In this document: positions 13,147 through 27,152 of the stretch, in pieces | Layout: every line of letters begins with the position of its first letter | Position numbering within the stretch: position 1 is the first letter of the stretch | The notes under the pieces: model-generated | What the model was told of the DNA's origin: nothing | What the model saw: the letters and a program-made list of their open reading frames with translations, nothing else | Database searches by the model: none | Translations under genes and position numbers: made by a program | NCBI GenBank assembly: GCA_951406725.2 | Contig: OX597818.1 | Span: 15,066,001 to 15,130,000, forward strand | From: Octopus vulgaris | Lineage: Eukaryota | DNA length: 64,000 nt | Reading direction: 5' to 3'

Positions 13147-14840
13147 CTAGCCGAAGTACCTGGTGTTGCTCGCAAGTTTAAAGAATGTTAACCTTTTTAA
13201 TACCAACCTGGCTGAAACTGTCTTTGGCTTTGTACTACAAATGTCTCATTTTCGTAAGTTTTGAATTAAAATCTTGCATCAAACCTTAATCACAATTTAT
13301 GTTCCTAACTCCAGCTTAATGATAACTAAGTTATTTTACTAAATTCTTTGTTATTGTTAAAATTAATTGAAAGAAACAGAAAATCTCAAACTAAATACAG
13401 TAACAAAGTGGTAAAAGGAAATAAAAATATTTATTCTGATAAAAAATATTTTTTCACAAAAATTGTATCAGATGACGTGAGTATAAACAAAGTTATTAAA
13501 GCAAATCCTGAAATCAATCGCAATTTAATTACGTAGAACTTCCAACTATACACTGTTTTCAGTGTGTCCTTTGATTGGGTATAAATTATTTTTTAAATCT
13601 GTATGTCAAAAGGTAAAGATCCAAACAGCCAACAGAGAGCTACATAGTCGGCATGAGCGAACGATGATAGCCATCGACACTACACAGTAGCAGAACAATG
13701 CCGTATACTATCTCATCAAATCAACATTCTGCTTCCCCTGTTGTACTTTTACTCCGCCAACTGGAAACAGTTGGTAACTTCATGTAGCGGCCTTCATTGA
13801 TATTGTATATCAAGCTTTGTGTATCTAAGACATAGATGGAACTGTTGATCAAATAAATTATTTAAAATACATTCCGATGCTTTCCTAGTTGTTTTCTTTT
13901 GATGTCGTCCAACACGACAACATAAACCGGCAACATAAACTGAACCATCAACAACACCTTTTTCTAGACATCCCGCTACACTAGTGTTATGAAAAATGAA
14001 AGAATAATACCGCTGTTAAGTGTAAGATGGAGAACACTTAAATGTGCGCTGCTCCTTGACTGAACAATTGACCGTATGACTACCGCGAAACGTAGATTCG
14101 ATTTCGAATCTGAGATAGGACCAATATCCAAGGAGAAATAGTCACATCGGATTTAAATATGAAATATCCAGTGTACTCTAGCTAATTTTATTAGGTCCAT
14201 TCCATGAACAATCATTTGAATAACTCATGTTGCTATCTCTAACTTATGTCACGGGAATATTGAACTTCAAAATTTCATTATAGTTTATGGTACCAATTGA
14301 AAGATATCCTACAGTGTGTATTGCGCAGTAAAAATAAAGTGCTTTGAGTGTTCGTACAGGAATTATAGAGTTTGTGAAGTTCAAATAGAAAGAAACGGGG
14401 GAAAGGAAATACAATATTGAGTCAGTATGAATATCTAGTCTGCTGAACGTGTTGAATGTAAATCACCCAACTGAAAATTGTCTCCTAATTGAGGACTTCC
14501 ACGTAGCAGGTGGTCGAAAGGGCTTTTGTATCTTTACGTCTGTAAGCGAAGCGTAAGGTAGTTAGACGTGGGAGTTATAAAAGTGAAACTAGTCTTATGA
14601 AAATTGAAAGAATAAAAGTGAAAGTATTATACCGCTGCAAAAACGAAAATCGGAAGGGTCGTATAGGGAAAAGGGCTACAATCCCCTATATGAGCAAGGG
14701 CCAAAATTTGAGCCTCTCTCCTAGAAACTCCGAGTAATGAAAAGCCTTCATGCCAAATTTGGTACGGATTGATCTAGCGGTTTGGCTGTGCATAGTAGAA
14801 AAACACACACATACACACACAGGATCTTATATACAGATAT
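13147..14840 (-). mobile_element. Non-autonomous Helitron-like element
   Basis: Minus-strand 3' end gcgagcaacaccaggtacttcggCTAGt resembles the Helitron end at 50217-50246; the other end has the microsatellite-bearing 5' terminus typical of such elements. Confidence 0.55.
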
Positions 14841-14880
14841 ACATACATACACACACACAAATATATATATTCATATATAT

Positions 14881-15050
14881 CACGTGATCACGTGACCGAC
14901 CAGGCTATCAGATGTTGCTACACATCGCTGGTCACAATGCGCTTCGCATTGTTTTAGCCATCAAGTGACCTACCCCGCTGGCTAAGCGAGCAGGCCAACA
15001 GAAGAAAGAGTGAGAGAAAGTTGTGGCGAAAGAGTACAGCAGGGATCTCC
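14881..15050 (-). mobile_element. SINE 3' fragment, same family as 13001-13125 and 19840-19997
   Basis: Shares aagagtacagcagggatc with 19841. Confidence 0.65.
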
Positions 15051-15125
15051 ACTTTTAATTGATTAATATGAATTTCTACCACTGGTTTTAATTGATTAAT
15101 ATGAATTTCTACCCTTATTCAATTT

Positions 15126-15239
<114 letters not shown>

Positions 15240-15241
15240 CA

Positions 15242-15277
<36 letters not shown>

Positions 15278-15297
15278 TATATTTCTATAATATGGGA

Positions 15298-15790
15298 CCG
15301 GGTATCTGGTAAGAAACTTGCTTCCTAACCACATGCTTCCGTGTTCAGTCCTACTGCGTGGCACCTTGCGCAAGTGTCTTCTCCTACAGCCTCTGGCCGA
15401 CCAAAGCCTTATGAGTCGATTTGAGAAGGAAAAATTTGAGACGGAAAAATACATATATATACGTCGGGCTTCTTTCAGTTTCCATCTACCAAATCCACTC
15501 ATAAGGATTTGGTCGGCCCGATGCTACAGTAGAAGACAATTGCCCAAGGTGCCACGCAGTGGTACTGAACCCGGAACCATGTGTGTGTGTGTGTATGTCT
15601 TTGTATCTGTGTGTTTCCCCATCACCGCTTAACAACTGGTATTGCTGTGTTTATGTCCCCGTAACTTAGTGGTTCGGCGAAATAAACCGATAGAATAAGT
15701 ACCAGACTTAAAAATAAATAAGTACTGGTGTCGATTCATTCGACTAAAAATTCAGCATGGCTGCAGTCTAATGACTGAAACAAATAAAAG
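15298..15790. mobile_element. tRNA-derived SINE pieces in both orientations; uninterrupted copy of the Tx1 target site
   Basis: ggtaagaaacttgcttcctaaccacatgcttccgtgttcagtcc; homologous to 44448-44710 and 62085-62450. Confidence 0.75.
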
Positions 15791-15806
15791 ATATGCACAG
15801 CTACAA

Positions 15807-15856
<50 letters not shown>

Positions 15857-16434
15857 GCACACACACACACACACACATGTATATATCTACGACATATGTG
15901 GAAAATCGGTATGAGCTTGTTTGTGGCGTTGTTAGCTAACTCCTCCTACATCATTTTAATTGATTTTGATGAAACTTGATACGTGAGTACAACTCATGTC
16001 TGGAAAGGTCGTGACATACATTGTTGAAAAATCGATAATACGGCCCCTGAAAGAGATCTTTATATCTACCTCATATAACTAATTTTTTTAAACACTCAAG
16101 GGAAATAACCCATAGCAACTGCACTTAAAGTTGTTAGTTTTCAGTGAAGCGATCAATATTTGATTCTCACGATCAGCCTACCTAATTCTGCATTTCACTA
16201 CTCACTGCTTTCAACTGCTAAACATTATTATTGCACTTTCTTAATGCATGTACACTTTCAATGCCCATAACTCCGATAATCCTGCATTTTTTCTGTTAAA
16301 AGTTTTCAATGACCGTACAGAAAACAGTTATTCCCGCAAACCACAAATAATTTTGAGATTTTGCGGAGGGTCAAAGTTGGTAACGAAAACGGTTTTCATG
16401 TTGTTTACGTTTTGTGACGTCCTGTACCCATATA

Positions 16435-17017
<583 letters not shown>

Positions 17018-17290
17018 GGTTTGCGGGAGCAACTGTTTTCTCGAAGGCACATATTGTCGTAAATTTCTCGAAATGTGGAGTAGATAAACAGCCGACAACT
17101 GATGAAAGGTCGTTCTGTATGTTACTTGTCTTGTTTTACGTTTGTTTCTCTTGTTATTCGCAAAAAAAGTTTGTCTTCGTATTTCATGTTGTTTGAGTTT
17201 TGTGACGTCCTGTACCCATATATGCGTCAGTATGTACATATATGTATGTATATATACCTATGTATATATACCTATGTATATATACCTATG

Positions 17291-17338
<48 letters not shown>

Positions 17339-17699
17339 GGATACGGCACTTTGGTCTAGACAACAAGGATCATTAGAGTATAGTTTTATTTTTTATTCTT
17401 TTATTCGTTTCAGTCATTTGACTGCGGTCATATTGGAGCACTACCTTTAGTCGAAAAATTGGACTCCAGGACTAAGATCTTAGATCAGGTATTTAGATCT
17501 TTTACTTATTTTTAGATTCTATAGATAAAATAGTTATTAGACCAAAGTGAGTTTGGATAAAAATGTCTTTATACTAAAGAACATTTAGAGAAAAATATTT
17601 TTAGACTATAGTGTATTTATACAAAAGCCACTTTAAATCAAAGTTCTTTAGACCATAGTGCATTAGACTAACGTGTTTTAGACGAAAAGTCCTAGATCC

Positions 17700-17736
<37 letters not shown>

Positions 17737-18049
17737 CACACACACACATATTCATATACATGTGTGTGTGTATGTGTATGTATGTATGCTGAAAGCTTGG
17801 TAGTTATCGGGGTTTTTTTGTGTTTTTGAGACTTTTAATTTTTCATAAGTAAATAAGCACTTTATTGACAATTGCGTAATTATAGAAGACTGACATTTTT
17901 ATTACTGCCATGTGATATTTCATTACTTAGTCAGCTGTCTTTTTTTACTTTTTTTTTCACGTCGTACTAGTTGGCTCTATAAATTTACGCCAGGTTTTCT
18001 CTAACCATTTCGACAATGCAAACAACTGCGGGCATTTTTCATCCTTCTC

Positions 18050-18130
<81 letters not shown>

Positions 18131-18714
18131 CTTCATAATTTATTTTTGTATTATTGATTGGAAATTAGAAGTGAGAAAAGCCAGAATAAACATAATGGCA
18201 TCAAATCCTGCTCTTATATTACTAACTTCTCGTTCATCTTGCTTATCAACAGCTTACCTGCCTTTAAATGTGCGTTTAAACAAGCCAGTGACAGAACCTC
18301 AATGTAGTCGACCGGCATGCAAGAGACAGCAACTGAATTTCCCTCAAAACGTCCGTCTTAATGAATAATCCATTGGATAATGTAATTCACATTACACACA
18401 TTGAGACGGAACCTATAAGAGTTCAACCAGTACATCGCTCCGAGAGCCCACAGTGACAAAGACATGCCTGAGAATATCTGACGTTCTGCCTCTCTTCGAA
18501 TTTTGTGAGAGCCTCGCCAACACTTCTGGATTTCCTCCTTTCAAAATTTTTTTCGGGGCCTTGTATACGGATAGATATGTTTTGATTTTGTATGAAAGTA
18601 ACAGCTCATTAAATAGAGCAGTAGTTCTCAACTGGCATCCATGTGGTCCCTGGGGTCCGTATAAGCTTTTGGGAGGCCCGCACAACAAAATAGCTAATTA
18701 GGGATCCAAAATTT

Positions 18715-19379
18715 TTCAAAAGACTGATTACACAGGATGAAACCTGGGTCCATCACTATGATCCAGAGACCAAAACCTAGTCAATGCAGTGGAAGCACCG
18801 TGACTCACCTCCTCCAAAGAAGGCAAGGGTGCAGCTCTCCGCTGGCAAGGTCATGCTCACAGTCTTCTGGGACCAGGACGGAGTAGTGATGACAGATTTC
18901 CTGGCAAAGGGTACCACAATTACAGGAGCCTATTATGCTTCAGTTTTGAGGAAATTAAGAGAAGCTATCAAAATCGAGAGGCGGGGCAAGATCAGCAAAG
19001 GCTGCAGGACAACTCTCCGGTCCACAACTTGCGTGTCGCCAGATCAGAAGCACAGGCATGCGGCTATGAACTCCTCTCCCATCTCCCTACTCTCCTGACC
19101 TTGCACCCTCTGATTTTCACCTCTTCCCAGCCATGAAGTTGTTTTTGAAAGGAAAGCGTTTTCCAGATAATGCAGCCTTGATTTCTGAAGTCACGTCGTG
19201 GTTGGAGGACCAAGCTGGGGTCTTCTACAAAAACGGTCTCCAGAGCTGCATCAAACAATGCGAGAAATGCATAACTCTGGGTGGTTCCTATGTAGAAAAA
19301 GACTAATAACTGTGCCAAGTTTTGTTGCTCTACTGCTATGGGACGTGGGTCAGGGGCATTACTTATTGAACGCCCCTCG
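18715..19379 (+). mobile_element. mariner transposon, 3' half
   Basis: DETWVHHYDPETK, GKVMLTVFWD, QDNSPVH, YSPDLAPSDF; right TIR ends ..gaacgcccctcg followed by TA. Confidence 0.9.
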
Positions 19380-19839
19380 TATATACATAATATCATACAG
19401 TGTAGTTATTGTATGTATAGATAAATAATTTTTATGATGTATATAAATTCAATTTATATTATGTTGGATGCATGAAATGTTATATGTAATACTGTTTCAT
19501 TCATTTATTAATTATCACTTCTCATCATTAATACCCTTTATTCATTAAGTTATTCATATATTAAAATGTATTTATACATCACTATACGCTTACAAATTTC
19601 AACACCCAAACCTTGTCCCCTTTTCTTTGTTTCTTTCTTGTAAACACAAGACACCCACCCACCAAACTCTGGGTTACACACTAAGTACATATTCAATTTG
19701 GTATATACACCCTTAATGTTAAATGAATAATTTACTAATGCCCTCTATGCCATAATGTATTTTGTTTTTTGTTTTGTTTTTTGTTTTTCCAGTTTCAGCT
19801 CTTGAGCTGTGGCCATGCTGGGGCACCGCCATTGTGGTG

Positions 19840-19997
19840 AAAGAGTACAGCAGGGATCACCACCCCCTGCCGGAGCCTCGTAGAGCTTTTTAGGTGTTTT
19901 CGCTCAATAAACACACACAACGCCCGGTCTGAGAATCGAAACCGCGATCCTGCGACCGCGAGTCCGCTGCCCTAACCACTAGGCCATTGCGCCTCCA
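19840..19997 (-). mobile_element. tRNA-derived SINE head
   Basis: Minus strand tggaggcgcaaTGGCCTAGTGGttagg..GGTTTCGATTCtc (A- and B-box-like); second fragment at 60671-60718. Confidence 0.7.
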
Positions 19998-20129
19998 TGT
20001 TTAATGTTTCATATAAGTTGTGGCATCCGGTGCCGGCGACTGAGTATCAATCTATTTTATTGCATTTCAATCTGTTTCTTAAACGAAATATACACTTCTT
20101 GTTGACAAACAACAGCAGTAATTGTATTC

Positions 20130-20327
20130 ATCTCAATAGACGTCATTGATTAGTTGAAATTGCCGGAATACGAGAAATTTAGCAACAAATAGCTTACAAA
20201 CTACAGAATTTTCTCAAGAGAAAAACATGTTTTATGTGACACATTCTACCAGTATACAAAGTTTATAAGTGTTTAGTTTTAAAAAATATTCGTTTTTAAA
20301 TCTGCCGCTCAAAGTGAAAATATCCAC
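20130..20327 (-). mobile_element. Fragment of the MITE family at 58292-58744
   Basis: Reverse-complement similarity including the TIR (ctgccgctcaaagtgaaaatatcc). Confidence 0.6.
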
Positions 20328-20984
20328 GTTCTGAGTTAAAAAGTCACCGAGATCGACTTTGCCTCTCATCCTTTCAACTGGTATTTTAAATATCAGTTGT
20401 GCATTGAGATTGTTCTAAACGATTTACTCCCCGCCCGCCAAATTTGTCGGCTTTGTACAAAAGATTTGAAACCAGTATAAATACCACTACACATGTATCA
20501 TTTAGTTACGTTATTGTGGCTTTATTAATATCTTTTTACTATTTTACAAAGCTTCAAATAAAATTAACTTTTTAAATACATATATTATATATCAACTAGC
20601 GAACGAAGGCGTCGCTGGTTACAGTTTCCCAATGGCCTAACATGCTCTTGCTCAGTTCCCTACATTCCCATCTTACTCCCCTTCATTTATAACTTTGACA
20701 CATCCACTCCCGTTATTTAATGTAAAGTTCGTCAGACGGTGTTCTTTGATGTATCTGTCTGCATTCATACAGAGAAACAAATATTCCATCGCCATTGCCA
20801 CCGCATTCTATTGTCTACCTGTCAACGCGCCCATCGACCAAATACAAACAGAACACACCAACGAGCGTTTATATATGTGTGTGTATGTGTGTGTGTTCGA
20901 TATATAAATATGTATATATAATGTATATATACAAAGTGTATATATCTTTATCTATGTATATTAAACTTTTTAATACTTTTTGAT

Positions 20985-22511
20985 CGTTACGTAAAGGGAA
21001 CTAGTTGCTTCTTTACATTTTTTGGATGCAACTTGGGTGCGAGACATAATTTTCTCTGTTAATTACGTGATCAACAGGAGGAAATTATGCCTAAACATGA
21101 GCGCAACGCATGTGAACATCCGACGTGCTTTGAGTCGGGAGAAGAATTGAGCTGATGCAGACGTGTTGCAAAACAAGGGAGTACACGTGCAGAACTGAGG
21201 TGCATGAGTGCAATAGGGCTTGCTAGGCTGAAATACAGTGTACAGTATTGAATATGCCAGTGATTAATGCAGTAAGGCTGAGGCTGCCAGCCAGTGCTTC
21301 AGCTATTATATGCCTCAGTCGTGCAGGAACAAAAGTGTGGCATGCTGGCGCGTTGCAAGGGACAATCAACTTTCTCTATGTATGCGTGACCGACCTAGGG
21401 TCTTACAGAGATGAGTTGTGTTTACAAGGGCACATTGAGCATGGAAAACAAGCGAGAAAGGCATGTGTGGCGTATGAATGTGACAGAGATAGCATTTGTG
21501 TGTGTATTAACTATGTGTGTTCGTGTGTGCGACAGAAGTACAAACAAGGTGTATGCGGGCAAAACAAAATACAGTGCATAGGAAAAGTCTCTCAGGGTAT
21601 TTCAGACAAGATGGAGTTAATTTACCAGTTCGTAGTAAAGTACATAATAGCAGTTCGTTCTGTAACAGGATGTTCGGATCACAAGTGCAGATGCCGGTTG
21701 GACACATGTCGTGTAGCGGTTGTAGCTTCAATGCTGTGCCAGGTTACATTGGTACAGAAGATCTCGCAGGTAGTGCTGTGCTGTTAACCTCGGTGAAAAT
21801 CATAACAGCGTGAAAGCTAAACCTGAATGAGTGCTATGTACATATTAGTGTTGCTGGAGATGAAGGCGACGAAGATGGAGACGACGTGAAGGTGAAGGAC
21901 GACGATGGTGATGGCGACGGCAGAGAAAGACGACGTTGAGATGAAGGCGTCGGTGGCGTTGCTGGTGTATGTTAGCGTCGTCATTGGCTGGAGCAGGAAC
22001 ATGACTGGCTGGTCTGGTCGTCTGTTGCTGGAACTGGAACATGGTTGAGTAAGCTCTGTGTGGATGAAGACTGCGGCGGATTGATTGGTTCAGACTAGGT
22101 AGAAACTAGATTTTAGCTAAGTGTTCTATGGTCTATGACCAGAACTCGGGAAACTTGGTTGACTGTTCTATGGTCTATGACCAGAACTCGGGAAACTTGG
22201 TTGAGTGTTCTATGGTCTATGATCAGAACTCGGGAAACTTGGTTGAGTGTTCTATGGTCTATGACCAGAACTCGGGAAACTTGGTTGAGTGTTCTATGGT
22301 CTATGACCAGAACTCGGGAAGCTTGGTTGAGTGTTCTATGGTCTATGACCAGAACTCGGGAAACTTGGTTGAGTCCTCATCTTATAAAATGTGGCCCCAG
22401 TAGACCCAAATGAAATCGGGTTATATTAACCAAAATGTGAAAAGGGGTCTAAATGGGGCTGGAAGGGGATTAAAATTTAAAGGAGCGGGTGTTTAGCAAT
22501 TCTCTGTTACA
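20985..22511. mobile_element. Probable solo LTR (~1.5 kb)
   Basis: GC-richer block with (c)GTTAC..GTTACA termini and an internal tandem repeat; no clear TSD. Confidence 0.4.
22121..22374. repeat. 42-bp tandem repeat, 6 copies
   Basis: gtgttctatggtctatgaccagaactcgggaaacttggttga with very few substitutions. Confidence 0.95.
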
Positions 22512-23064
22512 TCAAGCTAAAAAATTTGCGCAAGCCTTTTAATCGTCAATGTGTTGCCGTCCATGATGAAGTTTTGAATGCTTGCCATCGTGAGTCTACT
22601 GTCGTGAGAAAGAATCAATTCAAAACTTGGTTTTTAGGGATTTTCTTTTACATCAAGTTCAAAATTTTACGCCAGCCGTTGAACTGTCAATACGTTGCTG
22701 TCCGTCGTTAAGAAATGCCAGCCATGGTGACTCTACTATCCTCAAATTCTATCCCTTCAAACTTTAGCTTCCAATATTTTATTATTTTTATTCAGCTCGC
22801 AAGTTCGTCTGTCCCTTTTAAATGTTAGTGTTTTGCTGTCTACCTTGAAGCAGACCTTTCCGTTGTTACTGCCTGATATTTATGATTGATCTTTCTAAAT
22901 ATTTTATTTCTCAACTTACTCAAGATCTTTTGTTGTTTATAAATGGGAGAGAGATAGATAGATAAAGATAGAGAGTAAGATAAAGCGAGGGAGAGTCCGA
23001 GAGAAAGGAAGAGTAAGAGAGTGGGAAAGTGAGAGAGAAAGGAGAGAGAAACAAAGAGGGAGAA

Positions 23065-23375
23065 TCATCATCATCATCATCGTTTAACGTCCGTTTTCCG
23101 TGCTAGCACGGGTTGGACAGTTTGACTGGGGTCTGGGAAGCCAGAAGGCTGCACCAGGCTCCAGTCTGATCTGGCAGTGTTTCTACAGCTGGATGCCCTT
23201 CCTAACGCCAACCACTCAGTGAGTGTAGTGGGTGCTGTTTTCGTGCCGCCGGCACTGGTGCCAGGAGGGCTGGCAGCGGCCACGATCGGTTGGTGCTTTT
23301 TACGTGCCACCAGCACAGAAGCCAGTCAAGGCGGCGCTGCAATCCGCCACGTTCGGATGGTGCTTTTTACGTGCT
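23065..23375 (-). mobile_element. SINE with RTE-like 3' end and (GAT)n tail
   Basis: tggttggcgttaggaagggcatccagctgtagaaac..ggacgttaaacgatgatgat on the minus strand. Confidence 0.65.
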
Positions 23376-23428
23376 GAAAGGAAGCAACCACACTCTTACC
23401 CGCGCGTAGAGCGGGTCACCTTCAGCTA

Positions 23429-23463
<35 letters not shown>

Positions 23464-25392
23464 TATATCTGTGTGTGTCTGTGCTTGTGTTAATCCCCCA
23501 TCACCGCTTGACAACCTGTGTTGGTGCAACTACGTCCCCGTGACATAGCAGTTCGTCAAAGAAGACCATTAGAATTGTACTAGGCTTCAAAAACATCAAT
23601 TCTGGGGTTGATTCATTCGACCAAAATCCTTCAAGGCGGTGGTCCAGCATGGCCGCAGCCAAATGAGTGAAACAAATAAAAGAGTAAGAAAAATATGCAA
23701 AGCTCTGACTGGGCTTGGAATTACTGGTGCAGCTAAGAGGAGGGCTATGAATTCTATCACTGAAGATACAGGGAAGGCCGTTGGGTGGCTTTGGTTAAAG
23801 GAGGTATACCAGTAGTTTGCTGTTGTTGGGATACAAGCTATTACTTGATCAACCGTGGCTGGTTCATATGGGTGGGTTGGTGGGGTCTAATGCTGAAAGA
23901 CCCAAAACACACTGGTATCCCAGAAACATCACTGCGTACATCCCAGAGCATCTGCGAGATATATCTTAAAGCTATAGATAAGTGTGTGCGCAAGCATGTG
24001 TGTGTGAATGTATATATGCAATGATGCATATATAATTTCATTGCCATTTGTTAGAATTCTTTTTTGGAGGAAGGAGTTCGTATCTAACAAAGAAACAAAA
24101 GCTTTATCAAGGGAACTAAGATAACAACAATGATAATTGTTACATGCTTCAGGAAACACTGGCATATTTTTATTGTTCTATGCAGATTGTATCTAGAAAA
24201 AGGATTAACCGGCCTCTTTCTTTGCTTTAAAATTCCAGCTTCTTTAGATTACCACTTTAACATTTACTAACATAACCAAGTGCAGCAATGATTCTTGGTA
24301 TAAATCTGAATATATAATAATAGGAGGAGAGCCGCAGATTTCGAAGCAGTTGTTTTTTAATATTCCCTTTGCCGCTGACTTTGGAAAAAAATACTCACAT
24401 CTGTGATACCTTACACAAGGACATCTCTGACTGACATATCTCTTTCACTTGATATAATCTTCGGTGGACACTCCATCTTTGTTCACAGTATCTTTATATG
24501 ATGTATTTACATCAATGCGCACGTATTTGTATCACTCACTGTGGAGGACAGGAGAAGTAGACAGACCATTGATGCAAAAATTTGGAGTGTTGGAACTGTT
24601 TATCTATGTTCACTTGTTAATTATGAACGTTTATTTCGGCCGAACTCTATCCCTATACCAACGACATCAAAATAAAGTCCTTAGATATACTTTATTACAT
24701 GCTCACTGAGAAAGCTGAGATTATGGGTGTTGCGTCAATATGAATTATTTGTAAAGTTCGTAAGTTTGGATAAATTCAGGTGCCCCAAAGATGCTAGTAG
24801 GAGAGATATAACAAAAAAATTATATAATCATTGGAAAATAGAACAGGGAAATAAGTTCGAAAAATGAAACCAAAAACAGCGGTGCTCGAAATTTCAATAT
24901 TCCCGTTATATGATGTATATTGATGCTGCTCATGTTTTCAGTATCACGGTGTAAGTATTGGACATATTTTTTAAACATTTTAAAGGCCGTTTAACTCGAG
25001 AATCGAAATGAGAGAAGTAACAGCTTGCAGCTATATTATGGAAAATGTCTTAATTAGCAGAAGTACTTTACTCATGCTTATCTAAGAACAGTTTTAGTAT
25101 CAGAGTATACTTACATGTTGAAATCAGATATAGTCTTAGCGTGGTATAAGACTGAAGAAATATTTCGTAACTACTTAATGATTCCAAAGCTCATGATAAT
25201 AACCATTGTAACTCACTCTATGTCGCCAGTTCTCAAATGGCATGTCATAGATTTTTAAAAAATACTATGTAAACTTATTCTTCAGTGTCTTGTTTTGAGT
25301 GGCATATAATTTAATTTTACATGTCACTCCGTAAGTTGAAAAGTGCATCATGCTCTATTGGGCATTTATCACTAAAAACTAGCATTATTCAG

Positions 25393-26765
25393 AAGGTGGC
25401 GAGCTGGCCGAATCGCTAGCACACCGGGCAATATGCTTATCGACATTTCATACGTTAAGGCGGCAAGCTGGCAGAAACGTTAGCACGCCGGGCGAAATGC
25501 GTAGCCGTGTTTCGTCTGTCATTACGCACTGGAGTCGATATAATCGGCTTAATCTGCCTGTCTGTCCTTGTTTGTCTCCTCTGTGTTTAGCCCCTTGTGG
25601 GTAGTAAAGAAATAAGTATTTTGTCTGCCACTAAGTTCTGAGTTCAAATTCCGCCGAGGTCGACTTTGCCTTTCATCTTTTCGTTACGCACTGGGTTCGA
25701 TGTAATCGACTTAACCCCTTTGTCTGTCCTTGTTTGTCCCCTCTATGTTTAACCCCTTGTGGGCAATAAAGAAATAAAAATCGTTAGCACGCCGCACAAA
25801 ATGCTTAGCTGCACTTCGTCCATCACTACGCTCTGAGGTCCACTTAGTTTTTCATCATATCGGAGGCGATAAGATAGTTGAGCACTGAGGGGGTCGATGT
25901 AATCGATTTGCCCTTCCTGCAGAATTTCAGCTCTGTGCTACTAGTAGACAGGATTATTAAGGTGGCGAGTTGGCAGAAACGTTAGCTCGCCGGGCGAAAT
26001 GCTTAGCGGTATTTCGTCTGCCGTTAAGTTCTGAGTTCAAATTCCGCCGAGGACGACTTTGCCTTTCATCCTTTCGGGGTCGATAAATTAAGTACCAGTT
26101 ACGCACTGGGGTCGATGTAATCGACTTAATACCTATGTCTGTCCTTGTTTGTCCCCTCTATGTTTAACCCCTTGTGGGCAATAAAGAAATATGTATTTCG
26201 TCTGCCGCTACGTTCTGAGTTCAAATTCCGCCGAGGTCGACTTTACCTTTCATCCTTTCGGGGTCGATAAATTAAGTATCAGTTACGCACTGGGGTCGAT
26301 GTAATCGACTTAATACCTATGTCTGTCCTTGTTTGTCCTCTCTGTGTTTAGCCCCTTGTGGGTAGTAAAGAAATAGGTATTTCGTCTGCCGTTACGTTCT
26401 GAGTTCAAATTCCGCCGAAGTCGACTTTGTCTTTCATCCTTTCGGGGTCGATAAATTAAGTACCAGTTACGCACTGGGGTTGATGTAATCGACTTAATCC
26501 GTTTGTCTGTCCTTGTTTTCCCCTCTATGTTTAGCCCTTTGTGGGCAATAAATAAATAAGAATCGTTAGCATGCCGAACAAGATTCTTTACGATATTTCT
26601 TCTGATTTTACGTCCTAAATTCGAATGTTTTTGAGGTCGACTCTACCTTTTATCTTTTCGGATTCATTAAATTAAGTACCAGCTGAGCAGTTGGGGTTGA
26701 TGCAATCGACTAGTCACCCCACAAAATTTCAAACCTTGTACCTGTAATAGAAAGGATTATTATTA
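25393..26765 (+). mobile_element. Nested/tandem array of tRNA-derived SINEs, five units carrying an L1/Tx1-type tail
   Basis: Head aaggyggcgagctggcagaa(a/t)cgttagc; five tails gtctgtccttgtttgtc..gtggg(c/t)a(a/g)taaa(g)aaat ending near 25616, 25777, 26190, 26375 and 26559. Confidence 0.85.
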
Positions 26766-26811
26766 CTAACAGAAATAACGCCCTCCGGACTGTTTTCTTT
26801 TAGTCGTTAAT

Positions 26812-27152
26812 TTCTTCTTCTTCTTCTTCTTCTTCTTCTTCTTCTTCTTCTTCTTCTTCTTCTTCTTCTTCTTCTTCTTCTCCTCCTCCTCCTCCTTCTT
26901 CTTCTTCTTACTTCATGGGGCTTATTACTGGTCCCGAAGGCGTCGCAATGCCTAGAGCCGACCAAGTCCACCAGTGCTCTCCATCGCTGGCGGTCCCGTG
27001 CCACCCCCTCTGCATCCTCCACGGTGAGGTCGAACCTCTGGAGATCTTCTCCAATCACATGCTGCCATTTGGTGCGGAGCCTACCACAAGGCCTCTTCTA
27101 GATTGCAGCTGCTGCGTCGAATGAGAGTAAAGCTCTAGTAGGGTTATCTAGT
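26812..27152 (-). mobile_element. RTE-like LINE 3' end with (GAA)n tail
   Basis: TKWQHVIGEDL..AEGVARDRQRWRALV, followed by ~30 GAA/GGA triplets. Confidence 0.75.

Noticed and set aside
17095-17135. CTGATGA as a hammerhead core
   Set aside because: No stem II or GAAA box follows.
19920-19997. tRNA gene
   Set aside because: A and B boxes are present but there is no acceptor stem or T-run terminator, and it continues into a SINE body seen elsewhere in the window.
21248-21787. 179-aa Cys-rich ORF
   Set aside because: No recognisable domain, non-ATG start, and it lies inside a probable LTR.
22121-22374. CRISPR-like array or repeat-protein ORFs
   Set aside because: Units are contiguous with no unique spacers, there are no cas genes, and the context is eukaryotic. 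The ORFs arise because 42 is a multiple of 3.
26807-27058. Poly-Arg protamine-like ORF
   Set aside because: LINE C-terminus reading into its (GAA)n tail.
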